A stretch of 33,377 nucleotides of DNA from Candidatus Dadabacteria bacterium UBA2774 (GTDB lineage Bacteria; Desulfobacterota_D; UBA1144; Nemesobacterales; UBA2774), in assembly GCA_002352485.1 (NCBI GenBank), contig DEIM01000218.1, positions 1-33,377 of the forward strand. The letters run 5' to 3'. The position numbers were made by a program, and so were the translations under genes. The notes under the pieces were generated by a model, which saw only the letters and a list, made by a program, of their open reading frames with translations, did not search any database and was not told the DNA's origin. This document shows, in pieces, positions 7,302 to 17,850 of this stretch; positions within the stretch are counted from its first letter, which is position 1; each line of letters opens with the position of its first letter.

Positions 7302-8779
7302 TTCTGAGTGATTTAATAAATGGAATCCAAGTTACTAAGAGTATAGGCTCAGGCGAATTAAATATAAGCGGTATATCTATTGACTCGAAGAAAGTAGAGA
7401 AAGGATTTTTATTTGTTGCATTAAAAGGTGAAAAGACAGACGGCCATAAGTACATAGAGTCTGCTGTTTCAAACGGTGCTTCGGCAGTGATTGCAGAAAA
7501 GACTCCTGATGTCGAGCTTAGTGGAGTCACGGTGGTTGAGGTTCCGGACTCAAGGGCGGCGCTTGCAGGTGTTTCGGCTATTTTCTACGCTCACCCTACA
7601 AAAGAGCTCTCGCTTGTAGGCATTACGGGCACAAACGGAAAAACTACCATTACTTACCTGCTTGAGTCCATATGGAGACAAGAGAGTCTTAAATCGGCGG
7701 TTTTAGGGACTATTGACTACCGATACGGCGGGAATAAGGTGCAGTCGCTTATGACCACGCCTGAGTCTTTAGACCTAATGAGGATGTTTAGAGAAATGAG
7801 AAATTCGGGAGTAGAGATAGCGGCAATGGAAGTCTCATCGCACGCACTTGATAAAAAAAGAGTTATGGGCTGTCATTTTGACGCGGCCGTATTCACAAAT
7901 CTAACCCAGGACCATCTGGATTATCACGGAACCATCGAGAACTACTTAAATACAAAGAAGGCTCTATTTACTGATGTTTTGAAAAATAGTGAGAAGGAAA
8001 GGAAATTCTCCATAATAAACCTAGACGACCCATACGGGAATGAAATTATTAAAGATGCAGAAGGTGAGGTAGTTACGTATTCAGCTCACGACAGGGGCGC
8101 CGGTGTATTTGCTGAGAGCTCAGAGATCACAGAGCATGGAATCAGGGCCAGGGTAATTACGCCCGCAGGCGCTCTGGATATAAATTCAAAGCTCTACGGG
8201 GCCCATAATTTATCAAATTTACTGGCGGCTGCGGCCACTGCCGTATCTCTTGGATCTTCTATAGATAGTGTAGAGAAAGGACTATCGGCAGCGGAAGTGA
8301 TACCGGGACGTCTGGAGAGTGTGGATAACACACTTGGAATAAAAGTACTGGTAGACTATGCGCACACGCCCGACGCGCTTGAAAACGTGCTCAGAGCTGC
8401 AAGACCTCTGACTGCGGGCAATCTAATACTCGTATTCGGTTGCGGCGGCGACAGAGACACAACAAAACGTCCTAAAATGGGATTGATTGGCAAGGAGCTT
8501 TCAGACATTCTATTAGTAACATCTGATAACCCCCGTACCGAATCTTCGGAAAAGATTATAGATGATATTGAAAAAGGGGTGCTAGAAGGCGCAGGTAGTA
8601 AGAAGCCCTACTTCAGGGTTTCTGATAGAAAAGAGGCAATCCTACGTGCGATTAGCATGGCAGATAATGGAGATACTGTGCTCATAGCGGGTAAGGGGCA
8701 CGAGGACTATCAGATAATAGGAACGAAAAAATATCCCTTTGATGACAGAATTATTGCAGGCGACGCGCTCAGGGAGTGA
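7298..8779 (+). CDS. murE: UDP-MurNAc-Ala-Glu:meso-DAP ligase MurE
   Basis: GITGTNGKTT, TTPES, MEVSSH, DHLDYH, DYAHTPD; DNPR motif indicates meso-DAP specificity. Confidence 0.97.
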   Translation: MILSDLINGIQVTKSIGSGELNISGISIDSKKVEKGFLFVALKGEKTDGHKYIESAVSNGASAVIAEKTPDVELSGVTVVEVPDSRAALAGVSAIFYAHPTKELSLVGITGTNGKTTITYLLESIWRQESLKSAVLGTIDYRYGGNKVQSLMTTPESLDLMRMFREMRNSGVEIAAMEVSSHALDKKRVMGCHFDAAVFTNLTQDHLDYHGTIENYLNTKKALFTDVLKNSEKERKFSIINLDDPYGNEIIKDAEGEVVTYSAHDRGAGVFAESSEITEHGIRARVITPAGALDINSKLYGAHNLSNLLAAAATAVSLGSSIDSVEKGLSAAEVIPGRLESVDNTLGIKVLVDYAHTPDALENVLRAARPLTAGNLILVFGCGGDRDTTKRPKMGLIGKELSDILLVTSDNPRTESSEKIIDDIEKGVLEGAGSKKPYFRVSDRKEAILRAISMADNGDTVLIAGKGHEDYQIIGTKKYPFDDRIIAGDALRE

Positions 8780-8809
8780 ATTAATTAGATCGTACAGACG
8801 GAGGTAGTA

Positions 8810-10171
8810 TTGGAGTTTAGCTTTTTACTTAATGCAATAGAGGGCAAGCTAGTCTCGGGAGAGAATGCTGGATCACTTTCCGGAGTGTCGACCGATTCGA
8901 GGAAGATCAGCCCGGGCGAGGTGTTTTTTGCCTTAAGGGGAGAAAACTTCGACGGACACAAGTTTATAGAACAGGCTTTTCAAAACGGCGCTTCTGCCGC
9001 GGTTGTGGAGAAAGCCCCGGAGAACTTAAGAGAAGGCGCAGTACTAGTGCAAGTCGGATCCACCCTTTGCGCGCTCGGTGACCTTGCCATGAATTGGAGA
9101 AAGTCTTTAAGCGGGATAGAGCTTGCTGCAATTACGGGCTCAAACGGCAAAACCACCACAAAAGAAATGGTATCCAGCATAATTTCATTAAATCACAGCA
9201 GTTTTAAAAATTACGGAAACTTTAATAACTTGATAGGACTTCCGCTAACCCTTCTTGAGCTTAATGAGGGCTATGAGATGGCGGTAGTTGAGCTCGGAAT
9301 GAACGATTTCGGGGAAATAAGAAGACTGTCCCAGATTGCACAGCCTGACGTAGGAGCCATAACGAATATTGGCAGTGCACACCTGGAAAAACTCGGGGGT
9401 ATAGAGGGGGTAGCTAAGGCCAAAGGGGAGCTTGTCGAGGGATTTGATGAAGATACTTTCTTCGTTGTAAATGCCGACGACCCGAGGGTGCAGAAAATTG
9501 CGGATGATACAAATTGCAGGAAAATCACTTTCGGAATAAAGTCCGAAGGATCCTTTGTCACCGGTGACTCGATAGAGGAAAAAGATTTCACGGGGATTAA
9601 ATTTTATATGAGTATTGCAGGTGAGGGTTTTCCCGTCACACTTCACACGATCGGCATGCATAATGTGATGAATGCCCTGTGCGCGGCAGGGATCGCTTAT
9701 AGCCTCGGCTGTGAAACGGATGAAATTAGAGAAGGGCTCGAGAAGTTTAAGCCTGTGCACCTGAGGCTAGAGGTAAGTGATACGCCGCAAGGCTTCAAAG
9801 TGATAAATGACGCTTATAACGCCAATCCCGACTCCATGCGCCGGGCCATAGATGAGCTTATGCGCCTAAAAGGCGGCGGACGAACGGTAGCGGTGGTAGG
9901 CGATATGCTAGAGCTCGGCGAGGCTGCTGAGTCAGAGCACAAAGGGATTGGGGAATATTTATCTTCATCCGGAGTAGACTACGTAATCACTTACGGAAAT
10001 TTCGGAGCTTCGGTGCTGGACTCGCTCTCAAACGGGACTGAGGGCGTACACGCAGAGACTCACGAAGAGGCCGCGTCTGCCTTGAGAAGCTATGCAAGTA
10101 AAGGCGATTTGGTTTTGGTTAAAGGGTCCCGGGGAATGAGGATGGAAGAAGTAATTAAAAACTTGAGTTAA
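8810..10171 (+). CDS. murF: UDP-MurNAc-tripeptide:D-Ala-D-Ala ligase MurF
   Basis: ITGSNGKTTTKEM, NNLIGLP, DAYNANP, GDMLELG, KGSRG; TTG start behind GGAGG. Confidence 0.97.
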   Translation: MEFSFLLNAIEGKLVSGENAGSLSGVSTDSRKISPGEVFFALRGENFDGHKFIEQAFQNGASAAVVEKAPENLREGAVLVQVGSTLCALGDLAMNWRKSLSGIELAAITGSNGKTTTKEMVSSIISLNHSSFKNYGNFNNLIGLPLTLLELNEGYEMAVVELGMNDFGEIRRLSQIAQPDVGAITNIGSAHLEKLGGIEGVAKAKGELVEGFDEDTFFVVNADDPRVQKIADDTNCRKITFGIKSEGSFVTGDSIEEKDFTGIKFYMSIAGEGFPVTLHTIGMHNVMNALCAAGIAYSLGCETDEIREGLEKFKPVHLRLEVSDTPQGFKVINDAYNANPDSMRRAIDELMRLKGGGRTVAVVGDMLELGEAAESEHKGIGEYLSSSGVDYVITYGNFGASVLDSLSNGTEGVHAETHEEAASALRSYASKGDLVLVKGSRGMRMEEVIKNLS

Positions 10172-10185
10172 GGAGCGCTCACTGG

Positions 10186-11295
10186 ATGTTTCATCTTCTT
10201 TATCTGTATAAAGGAGACTTTATTCTCTTCAATGTATTTAAATACATCACTTTCCGCTCGCTCGGAGCAGGTGTAACGGCGTTTCTTATAAGCATAATAT
10301 TGGGTGGGGTATTTATAAGATTTCTACAAAAAAGACAGTTCAAAGAAAGCATACGGGACGACGGGCCTGTAAGTCATCATTCAAAAGCCGGCACCCCTAC
10401 AATGGGCGGAGCCTTTATTGTAATAGCCGTATTGGGATCCACTTTACTCTGGGTTAATCTAACAAGTCTTATTATCTGGTACGTTTTGCTGTTCACCCTT
10501 AGCTACGCTCTTATTGGATTCATAGATGACTGGCTTAAATTCTCCAAAGGCAGGGGAATGAGCGGGCGCTTAAAATTATCGCTCCAGCTTGTGTTCGGCT
10601 TTTTGTTCGTACTTCTGGTCGTAAGCTATATGAACAGTTTCTCGATGGTGGTGAGCGCTGAGAAGGTCCAGAACGTGCCGTTTACTTCGGTAGTCCTGCC
10701 GTTTTTCAAACAGGCGGTGGTTCATATGGGCTGGCTCTATATAATCTTCGCATTAATAGTAGTAGTGGGCGCGTCAAACGGCGTTAACCTGACTGACGGC
10801 TTGGACGGCCTCGCAATAGGCTCCATAGCCGTTGCGGCGGCTACATATATTATCTTTGCCTATCTTGCCGGGAACGTGGTTTTTTCTAGCTATTTACAGA
10901 TACCCAACATTCAGGGGGCAGGGGAATTAGCTGTGTTTATGGCTGCAGTCGGAGGAGCGTGTTTAGGGTTCCTCTGGTACAATTCGCACCCGGCTGAGGT
11001 GTTTATGGGGGACGTGGGATCTCTTGCGCTCGGGGCTGCAATAGGCTCGGTGGCGCTCATAACAAAACAGGAGCTTCTACTTATTATTGTAGGGGGAATA
11101 TTTGTACTCGAAGCGATGTCAGTGATAATCCAGGTTATATCGTTCAAGCTCACTGGGAAAAGGGTATTTAAGATGGCTCCTCTTCATCATCATTTCGAGC
11201 TTAGCGGGTGGTCTGAATCAAAGGTTGTAATAAGGTTTTGGATAGTGTCGCTGGTGTTGGCGCTCTGTGCGCTTTCAACGCTCAAATTACGATAG
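10186..11295 (+). CDS. mraY: Phospho-MurNAc-pentapeptide translocase MraY
   Basis: KAGTPTMGG, DDWLK, NLTDGLDGL, FMGDVG, MAPLHHHFE. Confidence 0.98.
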   Translation: MFHLLYLYKGDFILFNVFKYITFRSLGAGVTAFLISIILGGVFIRFLQKRQFKESIRDDGPVSHHSKAGTPTMGGAFIVIAVLGSTLLWVNLTSLIIWYVLLFTLSYALIGFIDDWLKFSKGRGMSGRLKLSLQLVFGFLFVLLVVSYMNSFSMVVSAEKVQNVPFTSVVLPFFKQAVVHMGWLYIIFALIVVVGASNGVNLTDGLDGLAIGSIAVAAATYIIFAYLAGNVVFSSYLQIPNIQGAGELAVFMAAVGGACLGFLWYNSHPAEVFMGDVGSLALGAAIGSVALITKQELLLIIVGGIFVLEAMSVIIQVISFKLTGKRVFKMAPLHHHFELSGWSESKVVIRFWIVSLVLALCALSTLKLR

Positions 11296-11343
11296 TTTCG
11301 GACATATACTGCAGTGTCATTAAGTTGTGATGTGGATATTGAA

Positions 11344-12681
11344 ATGAAGCTTAAAGATAAAAATGTGTTAGTAGTTGGACTCGGAAAAACCGGGTTAGAG
11401 ACCGCTATGTTTCTATATGAGAAGGGCGCACAAGTGCGCGTAAGCGATATGTCTACACCGGAAAAGCTGGCAAAAGAGATTGAATTGCTGGGCCCAAAAG
11501 GGATAGAAGTGGAGTCTGGCGGTCACACGGATGAGACATTCCTATGGGCAGAATTGATTGTGCTTAGCCCGGGAGTACCCTATACGACACCTGAAGTCAG
11601 AAAAGCTCTCAAAGAAAATATAGAAGTTATAAGCGAAGTAGAACTTGCCTCAATATTTATTACAAAACCAGTCATTGCCGTTACCGGATCTAACGGCAAG
11701 ACAACTACCTGCACGCTTATTTCGGAGATACTCAAAAAGTGCGGGAAGAAGGTTTTTCTGGGCGCCAATATAGGCACTCCGCTAATATCTATTGCGGACA
11801 GGGACAGCGAATACGACGTACTGGTGCTTGAGCTCAGCAGCTTTCAGCTCCAGGGCGTATACAGCTTCAGGCCCGATATTGCAGTCGTGCTCAACATCTC
11901 TCCTAACCACCTGGACCATCACGAAAGCTACACCGAGTACATAGAGTCTAAAATGAAGATCGCTATGAATCAGAGGAGCGATGACATATTTATCTACAAG
12001 TCGGATGATGAGGAGATTAATAACCGCTTGCCCCGGGTGAAGGCAAATAAAATTCCCTTTGGCGATGCACTTTCTGAAAACGGTATATCGTATAACGGAT
12101 GCTGCGTTCGCTATGAAAATGAGATCTACGAGTTAAGTGGTATGAAGCTTAGGGGCCGCCACAACATAGACAACATTATGGCAGCCATAGCGGGGACGAG
12201 GGCTCTTGGGTGTGAGCCTGTTCAAATAAAAAAGGCAGTGATCGAGTTTGACCCGCTTCCGCATAGAAACGAGTATCTGGGAGAGGTCAGAGGGGCTTAC
12301 TTCTATAACGATTCCAAATCCACAAGCCCGGGCGCTACACTGAGCGCGCTTGAGAGCACGAGGGCTCCCGTGATACTTATTGCGGGCGGAAAGGATAAGG
12401 GCGTAAGTTATGATGCGCTAAGTAATATAGTAAATGAGAAGGTAAAAGTTTTGGTATTGATCGGAGAGGCAAGGCAGAGGATGAGTGAAGAGCTTGGCGG
12501 GAATGTTAGGTCTATAATGGCGGATACGCTTAAAGGGGCGGTAGATAGTGTTCTGGATAATTTAGAGCCCCGGGACTCGGTACTTTTTTCACCTGCCTGC
12601 TCGAGTTTTGATATGTTTGAATCATATGAAGACAGAGGAAGGAGATTCAAAGAAATTGTTGAAAATATTCGATACAGTTGA
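11344..12681 (+). CDS. murD: UDP-MurNAc-L-Ala:D-Glu ligase MurD
   Basis: VVGLGKTG, SPGV, TGSNGKTT, ELSSFQL, NDSKST, SPACSSFDMF; likely start ATG 11344. Confidence 0.97.
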   Translation: MKLKDKNVLVVGLGKTGLETAMFLYEKGAQVRVSDMSTPEKLAKEIELLGPKGIEVESGGHTDETFLWAELIVLSPGVPYTTPEVRKALKENIEVISEVELASIFITKPVIAVTGSNGKTTTCTLISEILKKCGKKVFLGANIGTPLISIADRDSEYDVLVLELSSFQLQGVYSFRPDIAVVLNISPNHLDHHESYTEYIESKMKIAMNQRSDDIFIYKSDDEEINNRLPRVKANKIPFGDALSENGISYNGCCVRYENEIYELSGMKLRGRHNIDNIMAAIAGTRALGCEPVQIKKAVIEFDPLPHRNEYLGEVRGAYFYNDSKSTSPGATLSALESTRAPVILIAGGKDKGVSYDALSNIVNEKVKVLVLIGEARQRMSEELGGNVRSIMADTLKGAVDSVLDNLEPRDSVLFSPACSSFDMFESYEDRGRRFKEIVENIRYS

Positions 12682-13771
12682 GGGAAACAGTTACGACATA
12701 GGCGTTGTCCTGTCTGCTCTATTTCTGACTTCGATGGGAGTGCTGATGGTATATAGCACAAGCTCAGTGTATTCGCTTGAGATGTACGGAGATACCCACT
12801 ACTTTCTAAAGCGGCACGGTATTTATCTCCTCATAGGCTTAACCTCTATGGTTTTACTTATGCTTTTTGATTACAGGCTCTTAAGAAAGCTGGTCTACCC
12901 TGCATACCTGGTAGGGCTCGCGATGCTGGTGCTCGTCCTTGTGCCGGGAATAGGTAAGCAGGTAGGCGGTGCGCAAAGATGGATCGATCTTGGTATTTTC
13001 ACCTTTCAGCCTTCAGAGGTAGCAAAGTATATATTAGTTCTCTATCTAGCTCATTCTCTGACAAAAAAGCGAGATAAACTCGATAATTTTGTGGTGGGGT
13101 TCGCATCCCACATAATGATTGCGGGAGTGTATGTAGTCTTGATACTTTTAGAGCCTGATTTTGGAACAGCCAGCACCGTACTTGTGGTCCTTTTCGGAAT
13201 GATGTTCATTGGCGAGGTGAAGTTAAGGTACATGGTTCCCGTAGGGCTTGTGTCGGTCGTGTTCATGATACTAGCGGTCCTGACAAAGGGCTACAGGATG
13301 GATCGAGTAACATCGTTCCTGGACCCATGGCAAGACCCGCTTGGGTCGGGTTATCAGGCTATACAATCGTTCATTGCTTTTGCTATGGGCGGTATTTACG
13401 GGGCCGGACTTGGGGACAGTACTCAGAAGCTATTTTTCCTGCCCCAGGCGCATACGGATTTTATATTCTCCATTATTGGTGAGGAACTCGGCTTCATAGG
13501 CATAGTCCTGGTAATAATCGGATTTGCTGTTCTATTGATAAGAAGTTTGAGGGTATCTCTCAGGGCGCCTGATCTATTCGGATGCTATCTAGTATTCGGC
13601 TGTATTATGCTGATCACTCTTCAGGCCGGGATTAACATGGCTGTCGCTGTCGGACTTTTCCCCACTAAAGGGCTCACACTACCGTTCATAAGCTACGGCG
13701 GCACTTCGCTTGTAACAACACTTGCGGCTGTAGGAATAATACTCAACGTATCTAGATCAGGAATAAAATGA
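12656..13771 (+). CDS. ftsW: SEDS peptidoglycan polymerase FtsW
   Basis: GAQRWI, QPSE, EPDFG, GYQ, LPQAHTDF, GEELG, PFISYGG. Start uncertain (TTG 12656 behind GGAG; the ORF is open from 12608). Confidence 0.96.
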   Translation: MLKIFDTVEGNSYDIGVVLSALFLTSMGVLMVYSTSSVYSLEMYGDTHYFLKRHGIYLLIGLTSMVLLMLFDYRLLRKLVYPAYLVGLAMLVLVLVPGIGKQVGGAQRWIDLGIFTFQPSEVAKYILVLYLAHSLTKKRDKLDNFVVGFASHIMIAGVYVVLILLEPDFGTASTVLVVLFGMMFIGEVKLRYMVPVGLVSVVFMILAVLTKGYRMDRVTSFLDPWQDPLGSGYQAIQSFIAFAMGGIYGAGLGDSTQKLFFLPQAHTDFIFSIIGEELGFIGIVLVIIGFAVLLIRSLRVSLRAPDLFGCYLVFGCIMLITLQAGINMAVAVGLFPTKGLTLPFISYGGTSLVTTLAAVGIILNVSRSGIK

Positions 13772-14838
13772 AGGTCATAATTGCAGGCGGAGGTACCGGG
13801 GGCCACGTGTTTCCGGCAATCTCCATTGCCGAGGAGATATTAAAAAGGGACCCTGAGAATGAGGTTTTGTTTGTAGGAACGAAGAGCGGATTGGAAAATA
13901 AATTGGTCGCTCAGAGGGGTTATGAAATAAAACATATCAATTCGGGTGGTATTGTGGGAAAAGGATTATTTAAAAGAGTTTCCGGTGTTTTTTCCGCAGC
14001 TGTCGGTACTATCGAGTCAGCCTCGGTCATTCGAAGCTTTAAGCCCGATGTAGTTCTCGGCGTGGGTGGCTACGTGTCCGGTCCAGTAGTTCTTTCAGCC
14101 TCAATATTGAGGCTCCCGACCGCTATCTGCGAGCAGAATTCCATACCCGGGGTTACTAACCGTATCTTGAGCAAGTTTGTATCGAGCATATTCACGACAT
14201 TTGAGGGTTGTGATAAATTCTTCAGTACAGATAAAATAATAGTCACTGGAAATCCTATTAGAAAAGATATTTTGGGCTCTAAAAGTAAACCGGCGCAGCT
14301 TGATTCTTTCACATGCCTAGTGTTCGGCGGGAGCCAGGGAGCGAAGAGGCTCAACAGCTCAGTCCCCGAAGCCTTATCCCGGAGCGGGATCAAAGACCTG
14401 CGAGTCATTCATCAAACGGGCGCAAATGATCTTAAGAATGTTCAGGATTTCTACAACAAGCACAATATCAGCGCTGATGTTCTGACTTTTATCGACGATA
14501 TGGCAGGGGCGTATGCGAGAAGTGATTTTGTAATTGGAAGAGCCGGAGCAGGCACTGTAGCCGAGATTACGGCGCTTGGAAAGCCTTCACTGTTAATACC
14601 GTTTCCGTATGCGACGCATAACCATCAGCTCGAGAACGCAAAGACTCTTGAAACTTCAGGCGCGGCGTTATTAATAGAAGACGAAGATGCCACACCCGAA
14701 AACTTGGCTCAAGCGCTTGAAGTATTCCAGGATGAGGGGAAGTTAAAGGAAATGTCGCTACGCGCGCGCGCGCTTGGAAAACCGGGAGCAGCAGCTCAAA
14801 TAGTTGACGAAATATATAAACTTAGCGGAGTGAATTAG
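13768..14838 (+). CDS. murG: Lipid I GlcNAc transferase MurG
   Basis: GGGTGGH, GGYVS, EQN, GNPIR, GGSQGA, RAGA, HQLENA. Confidence 0.98.
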   Translation: MKVIIAGGGTGGHVFPAISIAEEILKRDPENEVLFVGTKSGLENKLVAQRGYEIKHINSGGIVGKGLFKRVSGVFSAAVGTIESASVIRSFKPDVVLGVGGYVSGPVVLSASILRLPTAICEQNSIPGVTNRILSKFVSSIFTTFEGCDKFFSTDKIIVTGNPIRKDILGSKSKPAQLDSFTCLVFGGSQGAKRLNSSVPEALSRSGIKDLRVIHQTGANDLKNVQDFYNKHNISADVLTFIDDMAGAYARSDFVIGRAGAGTVAEITALGKPSLLIPFPYATHNHQLENAKTLETSGAALLIEDEDATPENLAQALEVFQDEGKLKEMSLRARALGKPGAAAQIVDEIYKLSGVN

Positions 14839-16205
14839 TGTACGGAAAAATTAAACGCTTACATTTTGTGGGGATTGGCGGGATCGGCATGAGCGGTATA
14901 GCAGAAGTACTAATAAATATGGGGTATACGGTTACAGGATCTGATCTGAGAGAGTCTGAGACGGTAAAGAGGCTCATCGGGCTAGGTGCCCGGATACATA
15001 TCGGACATCAGGCAGAAAATGTCCATGACACAGACGTGGTCGTGATATCCTCGGCAGTGAGGCAGGATAACCCCGAGGTAGTGGAAGCGCTATCCCTTAA
15101 CATTCCGGTAATCCCACGGGCGCAGATGCTGGCAGAGCTAATGAGGCTCCGCTACGGTATCGCAGTCGCCGGGAGCCACGGAAAAACCACGACAACTTCA
15201 ATGATAGAATCCGTGCTCTCCTATGGGGGTCTTGACCCCACTATAGTAGTTGGCGGCAAAGTTCGAACTCTTGGCACCAATGCAAGGCTAGGGGAAGGGA
15301 GCTTTATGGTAGTCGAGGCCGATGAGAGCGACGGTTCTTTTATGCTTTTATCCCCGGTAATTTCCGTACTTACAAATATTGACGAAGAGCACATGGATCA
15401 TTACAAAGATATGGAGGAATTGGTCAGGACGTTTGATTCCTTCATGAATAAAATTCCTTTCTACGGTCTGTCAGTACTATGTCTGGATTGCCCGAGGGTA
15501 AGCTCCATAGCCCGGGATTATAAGAAAAGGTTAGTTACATACGGGTTTAACCCTGATGCAGAGCTCAGAGCCCAAGACGTTGAAATTCACGGTTTTGAAA
15601 CCGAGTTTACCGTAATGCGCGGAGAATCCTTATTAGGCAAAATACGAATACACTCCCCGGGTAGACACGTTGCTCAGAATGCGCTTGCCGCAATTGCCGT
15701 AGGTATGGAGCTTGGAATGAGTTTTGAGCATGTGAAAGAAGGCCTTGCGAGATTTAAAGGGATAGACAGGAGGCTGCAGATAAAAGGGAGCTCCGGGGGC
15801 ATAACGGTAGTTGATGACTATGCGCATCACCCTAGAGAAATAGAAGTCACCATAGAAGCCATAAAGGAAACCGGTGCGGGAAGGGTTGTCGTGATGTTCC
15901 AGCCCCACAGGTATTCCCGGACCAGTCTGTTGTTCGATGATTTTGTACAGGTGCTGCTCCAGGCGGACAAGCTGTTTTTACTTGACATATACGCTGCCAG
16001 TGAAGACCCGATCGAGGGCGTAAGCTCTCAAAAATTATTTGAGGCGATTAAAGAGTCCGGGCATGAAGACGCTACATATATAAACGGTAGTCAGAATATA
16101 ATAGAAACCGTTCTTGAGGCATTAGAATCGGGAGACACGGTTTTGACGCTCGGCGCAGGGAACGTCTGGACTTACGGGGAAAAGATAGCGGAGGCTCTTG
16201 AATGA
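14838..16205 (+). CDS. murC: UDP-MurNAc:L-Ala ligase MurC
   Basis: HFVGIGGIGMSG, GSHGKTTTT, EADESD, DDYAHHP, FQPHRYSR. Confidence 0.98.
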   Translation: MYGKIKRLHFVGIGGIGMSGIAEVLINMGYTVTGSDLRESETVKRLIGLGARIHIGHQAENVHDTDVVVISSAVRQDNPEVVEALSLNIPVIPRAQMLAELMRLRYGIAVAGSHGKTTTTSMIESVLSYGGLDPTIVVGGKVRTLGTNARLGEGSFMVVEADESDGSFMLLSPVISVLTNIDEEHMDHYKDMEELVRTFDSFMNKIPFYGLSVLCLDCPRVSSIARDYKKRLVTYGFNPDAELRAQDVEIHGFETEFTVMRGESLLGKIRIHSPGRHVAQNALAAIAVGMELGMSFEHVKEGLARFKGIDRRLQIKGSSGGITVVDDYAHHPREIEVTIEAIKETGAGRVVVMFQPHRYSRTSLLFDDFVQVLLQADKLFLLDIYAASEDPIEGVSSQKLFEAIKESGHEDATYINGSQNIIETVLEALESGDTVLTLGAGNVWTYGEKIAEALE

Positions 16206-17098
16206 CACTCGCATCAAAATTTGAGAAAATCGGGTGTGAGGTTAAGAGTAAATACCCAATGGATAAGTACACATGGCTCCGTGTTGGGGGAGAAGCGGAT
16301 TTATTGGTTACGCCTGCTAATGCCACCCAGTTTAAAGAGGCGCTCGATATACTCCACTCTTCCAAAATAAATTGGGTAGTCCTGGGTGAAGGGTCCAATA
16401 CAATTGTCTATGACAGAGGTATCACAGGTGTTGTTCTATCCACTAAAAAGTTAAAAAAAATCGAGATACTCGAAGACCAAAAAGTAACTGCGGAGACAGG
16501 GGTAATACTCGGGACAATCTTGAATAAAACTGTTAAGGAAGGACTCACTGGGTTTGAGTTTGCAGCGGGTATACCGGGTACGGTAGGCGGCGGCGTGTTC
16601 ATGAACGCCGGAGCAAACGAGGGTGAAATTAAAGACGTTATCGACAGAGTGTGGGTTTGGCATGACGGTAGGGAAATTGAGTTATTGAGAAAGGATATAA
16701 AATTCGAGTATAGAAAAGCGCACCTCCCCCCCAGAAGCGTTGTATTAAAAGCCAAGTTCGCACTTAAGAGTGGAAACAAGGCACAGAGCGAACGTAATGT
16801 AAAACAGTATATGGAGAAGAGAAACGAGACCCAGCCGATTACTATGACGAATACCGGGTCTATTTTTAAAAATCCCCCCGATATTGCAGCCGGCAGACTC
16901 CTTGAGGAGCTCGGGCTAAAGGGTTACGGGATTGGTGGAGCGAAGTTCTCTGACCTGCATGCGAACTTTATAGTTAACTGCGGTGGTGCTAGCGCACAGG
17001 ATGTACTCGATCTCATAGAAACGGCCAAAAAAGAAGCCTTGTCAAAAAGAGACATAAAGCTCGAGACTGAGGTTAGGGTAGTAGGGGATATAAAGTGA
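16202..17098 (+). CDS. murB: UDP-GlcNAc-enolpyruvate reductase MurB
   Basis: GEGSN, GIPGTVGG, MNAGA, GSIFKNP, HANF, LETEV. Confidence 0.97.
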   Translation: MTLASKFEKIGCEVKSKYPMDKYTWLRVGGEADLLVTPANATQFKEALDILHSSKINWVVLGEGSNTIVYDRGITGVVLSTKKLKKIEILEDQKVTAETGVILGTILNKTVKEGLTGFEFAAGIPGTVGGGVFMNAGANEGEIKDVIDRVWVWHDGREIELLRKDIKFEYRKAHLPPRSVVLKAKFALKSGNKAQSERNVKQYMEKRNETQPITMTNTGSIFKNPPDIAAGRLLEELGLKGYGIGGAKFSDLHANFIVNCGGASAQDVLDLIETAKKEALSKRDIKLETEVRVVGDIK

Positions 17099-17850
17099 GC
17101 GAAGAGAGAAAAGCATTTTTCCTAAAGGCGGCCAAAGTGCTTACTTTATTATTGGTATTAGCGGTGTTCGGTGTGTGTACGTATATTACAATTAGCCTCG
17201 GGGTATTCACGGTTCATGAGGTGACGGTTGCCGGTAACGAGAAGATATTAGATAAAGAAATACTACAAAGATCGGGTTTAAGACTTGGCGAGAGCAGCAT
17301 ATTTTTCTTTGAAGACACCGTAGAAAAAGACATCTTAAAAAACCCCTGGATCCACAGCGTCAAGGTTCATAAGGAATTTCCCAAGAGGGTGCATATAGAT
17401 ATAGAAGAGGAAAAGGTTTACTGCCTCGTTTTCGGCTCTGACGGAAGTCCGCACTATTTAAGCAGCTCCGGTAAAATACTCGGCACAGCTAAATTTGACG
17501 AAGGCCTTGATTTTCCCGTTCTGATCGGCGATGGTATAGAAAACTCGGATCTTTTAAAAGAAGCCTTACAGATATTGGATTTATCTTCAAATAGCAGTGT
17601 TCTCGATTGGAGCGAGATATCGGAAATCCATATAGATAAGATTTACGGAATAAATGTATACACAACGGACCGAAGACATATCGTGTTCGACAGGGGCGAC
17701 GTGTACAGAAAATGGCGTAAGCTTGAGAATATTATTCAACACGCAGACAACTTAGGTCTCAAGCAGGCCTATATAAACATCAGCTCGAGCGATATGGGAG
17801 TAGTAAATTTTGAGGCGCCGACTGTAGATTCAGGAGCTCAGGATGGGTAG
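17095..17850 (+). CDS. ftsQ: Cell division protein FtsQ/DivIB
   Basis: Single TM followed by a POTRA-like domain (VTVAGN...PWIHSVKVHKEFP); lies directly upstream of ftsA. Confidence 0.88.
   Translation: MSEERKAFFLKAAKVLTLLLVLAVFGVCTYITISLGVFTVHEVTVAGNEKILDKEILQRSGLRLGESSIFFFEDTVEKDILKNPWIHSVKVHKEFPKRVHIDIEEEKVYCLVFGSDGSPHYLSSSGKILGTAKFDEGLDFPVLIGDGIENSDLLKEALQILDLSSNSSVLDWSEISEIHIDKIYGINVYTTDRRHIVFDRGDVYRKWRKLENIIQHADNLGLKQAYINISSSDMGVVNFEAPTVDSGAQDG

Noticed and set aside
14761-14773. (CG)n tracts here and at 6770-6780 as phase-variation or Z-DNA sites
   Set aside because: They encode Arg-Ala repeats in frame within essential genes (murG, ftsI), and both frames are intact.
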